A stretch of 12,703 nt of DNA from Candidatus Hadarchaeota archaeon. GTDB taxonomy: Archaea; CAYQAE01; CAYVLA01. Position numbers and translations under genes: made by a program. Where the stretch lies: positions 13,863-26,565 of the forward strand of contig CAYVLA010000043.1 in the NCBI GenBank assembly GCA_964452145.1. The letters run 5' to 3'. How positions within the stretch are numbered: position 1 is the first letter of the stretch; every line of letters begins with the position of its first letter. The notes under the pieces are model-generated. The model saw nothing but the letters and a program-made list of their open reading frames with translations, was not told the DNA's origin and did not search any database. Positions 1-6,550 of this stretch are shown here, piece by piece.

Positions 1-343
1 CGTCCATGCCCTGGCCCACGATGACGCACTCCAAGTTCTCACCGAGCTTATCAGCGAGTTCCCTACCCTTTCCCAGCAATTCGTAAACGACGGGTGAGAC
101 GGCGCCCTCAACCTGCTCCCCAAACACCAGTACTCCTCTGTAATCAGACAGATCGGCCTCGCGCCTCTTCCTGTCGATTCTGATGGCCTCAGATGGGCAG
201 GCTTCCACGCAGGCACCGCACAGCGTGCAGCCCTCCCCGATCACCGCCAACTCGTCCACCAGGGCTATGCAATGGAACGGGCATGCTTCAACGCAGAGTC
301 CGCATCCGGTGCATTTCGCGCAATCGACGGTGATGCCGGCCAA
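1..343 (-). CDS. etfA: Electron transfer flavoprotein alpha subunit with N-terminal 2x[4Fe-4S] ferredoxin domain (partial, runs off left edge)
   Basis: Not in ORF track; translated by hand from TTG at 343: MAGITVDCAKCTGCGLCVEACPFHCIALVDELAVIGEGCTLCGACVEACPSEAIRIDRKRREADLSDYRGVLVFGEQVEGAVSPVVYELLGKGRELADKLG... Two CxxCxxCxxxCP motifs, then the EtfA N-terminus (GVLVFGEQ...YELLGKGRELA). RBS GGAGGG 6 nt upstream; lies 21 nt downstream of etfB. Confidence 0.95.
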   Translation of the reverse strand, partial: MAGITVDCAKCTGCGLCVEACPFHCIALVDELAVIGEGCTLCGACVEACPSEAIRIDRKRREADLSDYRGVLVFGEQVEGAVSPVVYELLGKGRELADKLGENLECVIVGQGMD

Positions 344-364
344 TCCGATCCCTCCGTTGCCCGA

Positions 365-1150
365 CTACAGGATTCCCTTCTGACTCAATTTCATTACCAG
401 GGCCCGTGCCTGCTCAACGGGGCTGCCGCTGAGGAACTCCGCCGCCCTCTGACTTGTGGGATGGAAGACCTTGACGACCCACGTCGGTGATCCCTCCGAT
501 CCCAGCCTTGCGGGATCGCAGCCCAGGTCCTCCGGCTTCCAGACGGTCACGTTGGCTTTTCTCGCTGCCATCTTGCCCCTCAAGGAGGGAAGCCTGGGCT
601 GGTTAATCTCCTTGGTGACCGTGATCACGCAGGGAAGGGGGGCCGAGATGGTCTCGATTCTGTCATCCAGCGTCCTTTCAACGCTGATCTCGCCGCCCTC
701 CATTGGAATCACCTTCCGGACGTAGCTGACGTTGGGGATGCCTAGCTCCTCAGCGAGGCCGGGTCCCACCTGCCCCGTGTCACCGTCAGTCGTCTTCAGC
801 CCGCAGATGACCAGGTCATAGAAGCCCAGTTTTCTGATTCCGCAGGCCAGTGTATACGACGTCGCCAGGGTGTCCGAGCCAGCAAAAAGGGAATCGGAAA
901 GAAGGACCGCCCTGTCGCATCCGAGCGCGATCGCATCCCTTAGGGCGGATTCAGCCTGCGGCGGACCCATGCTGAGCGCGGTTATGGTGCCCCCCAGCCT
1001 CTCCCTCAACCGCAGGGCCTCCTCGATGGCATACATGTCGAATGGGTTGACGGTTGATGGCACCCCATCCCTTATCAGAGTCCCTCTTGCAGGGTCTATC
1101 TCAACCTCGGTCGTTTCGGGTACCTGTTTTACGCATACGACGATATGCAT
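365..1150 (-). CDS. etfB: Electron transfer flavoprotein beta subunit (EtfB/FixA family, bifurcating-type motifs)
   Basis: MHIVVCVKQVP, NPFDMYAIEEA, SMGPP, FAGSDTLATS, DGDTGQVGPGLAEELG, PRLPS and GSPTWV motifs; GGTGA RBS just upstream. Confidence 0.96.
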   Translation of the reverse strand: MHIVVCVKQVPETTEVEIDPARGTLIRDGVPSTVNPFDMYAIEEALRLRERLGGTITALSMGPPQAESALRDAIALGCDRAVLLSDSLFAGSDTLATSYTLACGIRKLGFYDLVICGLKTTDGDTGQVGPGLAEELGIPNVSYVRKVIPMEGGEISVERTLDDRIETISAPLPCVITVTKEINQPRLPSLRGKMAARKANVTVWKPEDLGCDPARLGSEGSPTWVVKVFHPTSQRAAEFLSGSPVEQARALVMKLSQKGIL

Positions 1151-1184
1151 GTTTGGCTCACCGGCCCTCCTCTGGGACCCTGAT

Positions 1185-1202
1185 CCTATCGCAGCCTATC
1201 GC
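1185..1202. repeat. 8-bp direct repeat CCTATCGC x2 with 10-bp period, upstream of etfB
   Basis: cctatcgc at 1185-1192 and 1195-1202. Confidence 0.6.
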
Positions 1203-1220
1203 GGGTGGCTCTGACGGAGC

Positions 1221-1234
1221 GTTCAAATATTTGT
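1221..1234 (-). promoter_or_regulatory. Putative archaeal TATA-like element for etfBA
   Basis: ACAAATATTTGAAC on the minus strand is the only AT-rich patch in the spacer; it contains the palindrome CAAATATTTG (1224-1233). Confidence 0.5.
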
Positions 1235-1278
1235 CGCACGGCCCATCGCTCGAAGAACCCTCCGCCAAGGCAAAGGGG

Positions 1279-2388
1279 CTATTCCAAAGCTTTCCTGACC
1301 TCCATCAGCTTCTTCATGATGGGAAGGTTCTGGGGGCACTTGGATTCACACTGGCCACATTCCTTGCAGGCGGCTGCCCATGAAGGGCCGGCCGCCTCGC
1401 TGTCTGTCCTTCCCAAGGCCCTGTATCGCGCCCTGGCCATGCCCCGGAGACCCCAAACCCTGGCAAGGTTGTAGGCAGCGAAGTTGGCCGGTATGTCCAC
1501 CCCGGACGGGCAGGGCATGCAGTAGCTGCAACCCGTGCAGTACAGACCCCTAAGCCTTCGGGCATCATCCGCGATCTGGAGTATCTGTTGGTTCTCCTGA
1601 GGGTTCAGCGGTCCGGGGCTCACCGACGCAACGTTGCTCTCCAGCATCCCCACGTTCTCCATGCCAGACAGTGCAGCCGAGACCCCGGAGTTGGACAGCA
1701 CGAAGCGGATTGCCAGCTGAGGTATCGTCCACCTGTGCCCCTCAGTTCGGTTAAGCCTTGACGACCGAGGGATCAGCTTGCCCCCCGCCACGGTGCCCAT
1801 GATCGAGACGCCCAGCCCTTTTTCGTGCGCGCGGGCGATTACCTCTTCGTTGCGTCGATCAAGTATGTTGTACTGGACCAGGAGGCCTTCAAACTCGCCG
1901 GTGTCGATCAGTTTGGCTATGTTCTCTGGCTCGTCATGGGACGAGAAGCAGAGATGGCGGATCAGGCCTTCATCCTTGGCCTTCCGGGCCTCCTCCATGG
2001 CGCCGTGCGGTTTGAGGTGGCTTAGATACTCCCTGAGTCGCAGATCGTGCAGATGGTAGAAATCGATATAGTCCGTGTTGAGCCTTTCCAGCGAGGTATC
2101 CAGATATCTGCGCCACTTGGCGGGGTCGTCTCCTTTGTAGTGGTTCTTGGTTGACAGATAGAGGTTCGTGCGCCTGCCCTCCACCGCCTCGCCTAGAACT
2201 GCCTCGCTCTCCTCGTTGCAGTAGACGTAGGCCGAGTCGAGGTAGTTGATACCCAGGTCAACGGCCCGGTGAAGCATGTGGATCGTTCTGTCGGCATCCA
2301 CATGGCCCTTGCGCATGGGAAACCGCATGCATCCGAAACCGAGGGCGGAGACCCTGATCCCAGTCGTGCCGTATTCGCGGTAGATCAT
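1279..2388 (-). CDS. Aldo/keto reductase with C-terminal 4Fe-4S dicluster domain
   Basis: Start moved to ATG 2388 (MIYREYGTTGIRVSALGFGCMRFP is the typical AKR N-terminus). Catalytic-type D/Y (LDSAYVY), K (STKN), H (FYHLHD). C-terminal CTGCSYCMPCP and CKECGQCESKCP. Confidence 0.92.
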   Translation of the reverse strand: MIYREYGTTGIRVSALGFGCMRFPMRKGHVDADRTIHMLHRAVDLGINYLDSAYVYCNEESEAVLGEAVEGRRTNLYLSTKNHYKGDDPAKWRRYLDTSLERLNTDYIDFYHLHDLRLREYLSHLKPHGAMEEARKAKDEGLIRHLCFSSHDEPENIAKLIDTGEFEGLLVQYNILDRRNEEVIARAHEKGLGVSIMGTVAGGKLIPRSSRLNRTEGHRWTIPQLAIRFVLSNSGVSAALSGMENVGMLESNVASVSPGPLNPQENQQILQIADDARRLRGLYCTGCSYCMPCPSGVDIPANFAAYNLARVWGLRGMARARYRALGRTDSEAAGPSWAAACKECGQCESKCPQNLPIMKKLMEVRKALE

Positions 2389-2426
2389 CCTGACGCGCCT
2401 TCTGCAGCTGGACGAGATGAGTTCAT
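2385..2426 (-). CDS. Putative 13-aa upstream ORF (MNSSRPAAEGASG), translationally coupled to the AKR gene
   Basis: AAAGGAGGT (2442-2434) lies 7 nt before ATG 2426; the stop TGA overlaps the AKR ATG as ATGA (2388-2385). Confidence 0.4.
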   Translation of the reverse strand: MNSSRPAAEGASG

Positions 2427-2563
2427 TAGTCTGACCTCCTTTGTTGAAGTGCGACATGTCCGGTAGCACACGATCCCTGACCGTAGTTCCTTAGTTAGGT
2501 GTTGAGGGGGGTGCTTGCTGCTCCTGGCCTCCGCTCACCTTTCAGAAGCAACTCGAAGACACA

Positions 2564-3307
2564 TCATAGATCCTTGCTGATGTGCAGCCATGTTTGCAGA
2601 GGCTTCCTGTGCTCAGACATCACCGGGACACGCCAACGGTTTGGTACGATGGAGGGGAAGGTGTTCTCCCGAGCCGATCTCACCCTGTAGTCGATCTTCC
2701 GGATGCTGCCTGCGTCCCGGAATCGGGCTCGAATGATCTCGCTGAGGCCTTCATGGATGTAGTCGTGCACTTCGACAAGCACTTCACAGTTCCCGAGTTC
2801 GGGGATGGTCTTGGGTTCCAGCAGGGAAAGCTCGGCACCCTCAACATCCATCATCAAGAACCGCTCCGTCCCCTGTGCAAGGGCATCACGCAAGGAGACA
2901 GGATCGCAGTGGCCTCTAACCTCGATCCTGCGCTCGACATGGTTCAGCTCTGCCATCCTCGAAATGAGTTGCCTACCCTTCTTCGAGGACTCGAATGTGA
3001 TCACATGTATCTGGGGACATCTCCAAGCAATCCCCACGGAGTAATACCCCTCGCCCCCGCCTACGTTCACGAAAGTGTCTGACTCCTTCGAGCAGAGCTG
3101 CTCGATGAGGGTCTGGAGCTCCATTTCGTAGGTTCCCAGAAGCTTGGGTATGAATGCGCTGCCGAAGCTACGTGGAACATACCGCATGCCAGCGAAGGGT
3201 CCCGATAGCACCCTTCCCCTGGCGGCATCGTAGAGGAGCCTGCTCTCCACGGGCTCGAGCAGGCATCGATGAAACAGGCCGACAAGCTCTTCTCGTAGGT
3301 GTTTCAT
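2564..3307 (-). CDS. Class I SAM-dependent methyltransferase, FkbM-like
   Basis: Motif I FVNVGGGEGYY, acidic motif ITFE, FkbM-like MMDVEGAE and VLVEVHD; N-terminal GPFAGMRY...KLLGTYE. Confidence 0.8.
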   Translation of the reverse strand: MKHLREELVGLFHRCLLEPVESRLLYDAARGRVLSGPFAGMRYVPRSFGSAFIPKLLGTYEMELQTLIEQLCSKESDTFVNVGGGEGYYSVGIAWRCPQIHVITFESSKKGRQLISRMAELNHVERRIEVRGHCDPVSLRDALAQGTERFLMMDVEGAELSLLEPKTIPELGNCEVLVEVHDYIHEGLSEIIRARFRDAGSIRKIDYRVRSARENTFPSIVPNRWRVPVMSEHRKPLQTWLHISKDL

Positions 3308-3391
3308 GGTCCCTGACTTCCGATAGATCGGGGTCTCCCGGCATGTGGGGAGGTTCCAGATTGGACCTGACTCAGCGTTCCTGGACGCCGT

Positions 3392-3405
3392 CTTAACAAT
3401 GCTTC
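3392..3405 (-). promoter_or_regulatory. Putative BRE/TATA for the methyltransferase gene
   Basis: GAAGCATTGTTAAG on the minus strand, similar to the box upstream of the nuclease (AAAGCCTTCTTAAG). Confidence 0.45.
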
Positions 3406-3447
3406 ATAGACGCCGGGAATCGACACATGCCGGGCCGTCGCAAGTGG

Positions 3448-4500
3448 TCAGGTTCTGACGATCTGGCCCAGGAGCTTCAGCCTGTAACCGAGCTGGACCG
3501 AGGATACGGCCCCAACCAACGTGACGAACCAGAAGGATACCATCCTGTCCACAATGACGGCGGACCCGGACATCTCCCTGCTCACCCCCAGTCCGATGAA
3601 GAGGGCAACCATCGTGACTTCTGTCGTACCCAAACCGCCTGGAAGCAGGGGAGCGAAGCTGGCGAAGACGCACGCCACCTGCACGAAGTTGATCAGGAGA
3701 AGGGATTGCCCACTTCCAAGGGCCATGAACACGCATTTCGTCCTCAAGATTACGACGATCCAGAGGCCGAATGATAAGAGCAGATTGATGATCATCAACT
3801 TCCTATTCTCGGATATGCTTCGGACTCCCACATAGAATCTGTCCACCCCATCGGCGACCCTGCGTCTCACCTGGCCTGGGGGTCTGAAGCGAGCGATGAG
3901 CGGTCCCAGTCTGTCTACCATCGAAAGAACCAAACGCGTCCCCGCTTCTCTCCTCGTAGCCAACAGGATCATGACAGCTGACAGACAGGTCGCCGCGAGA
4001 AGACCGAAGAGAATTAGGAGGAATAGCAGGGAGTTGCGGCCAAGGTTGGTCATCGCCCCAAGTGCAAGGGTGATAAGGCAGATGGGTATGAAGGGGACCA
4101 TGTCGAAGACTCGGTCGACAACCACGCTCGCCATCCCGTCTTCGAAGCTTGTGCCATTCGCCTTCCCCAGCAGGTAGGCTCTGATGGGCTCCCCTCCGCC
4201 CTTGGAGAAGGGGGTGATGTTACTGAAGAAGGCCCCTGCGAAGAGGATCGCCGGCATCTCCCTTGGGATTCTGTGCCCTCGGGCCCGGACCACCAGCGCC
4301 CATCGCGCGGACCACAAAAGCATGAAACTGGTCTGCAGACCTAGGGCCACCGCTAACCAGCCCGGCCTGATGTCTCGGACGGTCGTTAGGACCCCGCCGC
4401 CTCCGACCCACAGTATGAGCGCGATCGCTATCAGACCGCTGGCCGCAAGAAGTGCTGCCATTCTGAGGTTTCCGGAAATCGACGACCTGCCCCCTGGCAT
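3448..4500 (-). CDS. UPF0104 / lysylphosphatidylglycerol-synthase TM domain (flippase-like) membrane protein, paralog 1
   Basis: Multiple hydrophobic segments; family motifs RW, FFSNITP.SKGGGEP.RAY, DRVFD, PGGLGTTE, DR..SFW. ATG 4500 preferred over TTG 4521 because a TATA-like box sits about 30 nt upstream of 4500. Confidence 0.9.
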   Translation of the reverse strand: MPGGRSSISGNLRMAALLAASGLIAIALILWVGGGGVLTTVRDIRPGWLAVALGLQTSFMLLWSARWALVVRARGHRIPREMPAILFAGAFFSNITPFSKGGGEPIRAYLLGKANGTSFEDGMASVVVDRVFDMVPFIPICLITLALGAMTNLGRNSLLFLLILFGLLAATCLSAVMILLATRREAGTRLVLSMVDRLGPLIARFRPPGQVRRRVADGVDRFYVGVRSISENRKLMIINLLLSFGLWIVVILRTKCVFMALGSGQSLLLINFVQVACVFASFAPLLPGGLGTTEVTMVALFIGLGVSREMSGSAVIVDRMVSFWFVTLVGAVSSVQLGYRLKLLGQIVRT

Positions 4501-4526
4501 GCTTCTCTGAGTTGGGGGCAACGCTT

Positions 4527-4538
4527 GTGATAACTATT
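4527..4538 (-). promoter_or_regulatory. Putative TATA-like box of flippase paralog 1 (likely leaderless or short-leader mRNA)
   Basis: AATAGTTATCAC, 10/12 identical to AATACTTATAAC upstream of paralog 2. Confidence 0.5.
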
Positions 4539-4707
4539 GTGTCGCCCGTTGCCGTTGGTGGAGTAACACGGAGGCGCCCTACGTATGCGTGGCCAGGGGC
4601 GACGGGCACGTTGGCACAGCCCGCCTTCGGGCCACGAGCGCTTAGTGATCGTCGGCCCGCAAGATCGCCCGGATCATTGTTGCCGTCCGGTCTCGAGGCC
4701 TCGATCG

Positions 4708-5823
4708 TCACCAATCCGCAACGGATCCATCCTCGTGGCTTAGCTGTGGGTTATCCCAATCACCTGAGTAAGCCTTTGCCTCCAAGGCTTCCTCGTCCAG
4801 TTCAACCCCCAGACCGGGGCCTCGGGGGACAACCACGTGGCCGCCCTCAACTTTGAAGGGCTTCTTGAGGTATCCTTCCCCAAGCGATCCAAGCTCCTGG
4901 ATGAGGAAGTTAGGGGTGCATGCATCGAGTTGCAGGCAAGCAGCAAAGGATATCGGACCAAGAGGGCAGTGGGGGGCGATCCCAGCATAGTAGACCTCCG
5001 CCATCGCCGCGATCCTCCTGCATTCAGATATCCCGCCGGCGTGGGAGAGGTCGGGTTGAAGGATGGATGCGGCTTGCTTCTCAAGAACCTCCCGGAATCC
5101 CCATCTGGTGTACAGCCTCTCTCCGGTGGCTATGGGGATGCAGGTTGCCCGGGCTATTCCCGCCATCGCATCGACGTTCTCGGGCAGGCAGGGCTCCTCA
5201 AGAAACATGGGATGGTAGGGCTCCAGGGCTTTGGCAATGATCCTGGCCATGGCCGGGCTTAGACGGCCGTGACAATCCAGCGCGATGTCAACGCCATCGC
5301 CCACGGCCTCTCTGACCGCCTTCACCTTCTCGACCGCGTCCTTCACGGTCTTCGGCGAGTCGACCAGCTTGGTTGGCCCGAACGGCACCATCTTGACCGC
5401 GTCATGCCCCTCCTTCAGACGGGCCAGTGCGCCCTGGGCGCATTCCTCCGGGGCTTCCCCGCCTATCCCTCCATACACCCTTATACGATCCCTCACTCGA
5501 CCGCCGATCAGCTCGTAGATGGGTTGGCTGAGATACTTGCCCTTGATGTCCCATAGCGCCTGGTCTATCCCGCTGATGGCGCTCATGATTATGGGTCCGC
5601 CCCTGTAGAAGCTCCAGCGATACATCGCCTGCCAGTGGTGCTCGATCCTCCTGGGGTCTTTTCCCTCCAGATAACGGAACAGCTCCTTGACCGCCGCCTC
5701 GACGGTTTGAGCCTTTCCCTCTAGGATGGGTTCAGCCAGCCCGGTGATGTTCTCGTCTGTGTGCAGCCTCAGGAAGAGCCAACGCGGCCGCACATGCTTC
5801 AGCTCGATTCTAGTGATCCTCAA
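4708..5823 (-). CDS. dgoD: D-galactonate dehydratase (mandelate racemase/enolase superfamily)
   Basis: Start moved to TTG 5823 (MRITRIELKHVRPRWLFL). DgoD hallmarks: FYRGGPIIMSAISGIDQALWDIKGK, DCHGR, EEP, GER, QPDLSHAGGI, APHCPLGP, and C-terminal W.NP...HEDGSVADW. Confidence 0.92.
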   Translation of the reverse strand: MRITRIELKHVRPRWLFLRLHTDENITGLAEPILEGKAQTVEAAVKELFRYLEGKDPRRIEHHWQAMYRWSFYRGGPIIMSAISGIDQALWDIKGKYLSQPIYELIGGRVRDRIRVYGGIGGEAPEECAQGALARLKEGHDAVKMVPFGPTKLVDSPKTVKDAVEKVKAVREAVGDGVDIALDCHGRLSPAMARIIAKALEPYHPMFLEEPCLPENVDAMAGIARATCIPIATGERLYTRWGFREVLEKQAASILQPDLSHAGGISECRRIAAMAEVYYAGIAPHCPLGPISFAACLQLDACTPNFLIQELGSLGEGYLKKPFKVEGGHVVVPRGPGLGVELDEEALEAKAYSGDWDNPQLSHEDGSVADW

Positions 5824-5868
5824 GGGACTCAACCTTGACTCGGAAATCAAGGATTTCAGCAGAAAAAT
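5820..5868. promoter_or_regulatory. Cluster of interlocking inverted repeats and TATA-like patch at the dgoD start
   Basis: TCAAGG 5820-5825, CCTTGA 5833-5838, TCAAGG 5847-5852; GAAATC-N3-GATTTC 5843-5857; minus-strand ATTTTTCT 5868-5861. Confidence 0.45.
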
Positions 5869-5973
5869 GGATCGCTTGGTGCGGGGAGGGCAGAGAGTAG
5901 GTCCTTCGGGCGCAACCGTTGTGCTGGCGGGCACGTTATCGCAAAGCTGGGGAGGATCGGAGGAGCGAGCCTA

Positions 5974-6432
5974 TTACTCCCAATCATGGGGGTTGAACTC
6001 GGAGGGTGGTAGGTGGAGGATCTTCGCGTGCCCCGAGGTCAGGAGCAACGCATTGACGTTGGTACCGTTCACCATGACTACGGCCAGGATCCTGTCGAAG
6101 TGGTCCTTGGGTGCCTTGTCATCAACATCGACCGTGACAACTCTTCCGAGGCAGATCTGGGCAAGGAATTCCGTTGCCTCGTCATGACCCCGTTCTCCCA
6201 CCTCAGGGGCGTTCACTCCCACCAGCCTGACTCTGCCCACCCCTAGGATGTCCAGAGTGTCTCCGTCGATGACCTTGACAACCTTTCCCGAAAGTATGGG
6301 TTGCCGCGTCTGATCTCTCTGTGCAAGGTACCAGGGGATCGAGAGGACCACTACCGCCAGTAAGGCACAGATCAGCCGGGGGGGCACCGCGGGGAATGCG
6401 GGTCTCACGGCACAAGCTGGAGCGAAAGACAA
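5974..6432 (-). CDS. Thermonuclease (SNase) family protein with N-terminal membrane anchor
   Basis: VIDGDTL, RVRLVGVNAPE, D.FDRILA, NVNALLL..GHA; hydrophobic LICALLAVVVLSIPWYL; short C-terminus PSEFNPHDW. Exact start uncertain. Confidence 0.9.
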   Translation of the reverse strand: MSFAPACAVRPAFPAVPPRLICALLAVVVLSIPWYLAQRDQTRQPILSGKVVKVIDGDTLDILGVGRVRLVGVNAPEVGERGHDEATEFLAQICLGRVVTVDVDDKAPKDHFDRILAVVMVNGTNVNALLLTSGHAKILHLPPSEFNPHDWE

Positions 6433-6463
6433 CTAGTGGCAACTCGTCCCCCGGCTGAAAGCG

Positions 6464-6480
6464 CTTAAGAAGGCTTTTCG
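6464..6480 (-). promoter_or_regulatory. Putative archaeal BRE + TATA for the nuclease gene
   Basis: CGAAAAGCC-TTCTTAAG, ending 31 nt before TTG 6432. Confidence 0.55.
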
Positions 6481-6550
6481 CGGCACGATGCAATTACACC
6501 ATGCGATGAACAAAGGCCTAAGGCATCCTACAGCACGATGGCTGCAACCA

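Noticed and set aside
130..185. Possible separate ferredoxin gene or frameshift before etfA
   Set aside because: Careful translation shows one continuous frame (EAIRIDRKRREADLSDYRGV), so it is a true fusion.
195..300. Repeated CVEACP-encoding DNA
   Set aside because: Normal pseudo-symmetry of 2x[4Fe-4S] ferredoxins.
1218..1237. Possible Rex operator upstream of etf
   Set aside because: Only the AT core matches; the TTGTGA/TCACAA arms are absent.
2515..2568. Possible C/D box sRNA on the minus strand (ATGATGT...CTGA...TGAG)
   Set aside because: Box C is imperfect, the spacer is too long, and there is no terminal box D.
5824..5934. 37-aa extension of DgoD (likewise the 27-aa extension of the AKR at 2389-2469)
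   Set aside because: The family N-termini begin at TTG 5823 and ATG 2388.
6483..6540. GCACGATG repeated at 6483 and 6533
   Set aside because: Only two 8-mers, with no array or target-site-duplication context; compatible with chance.
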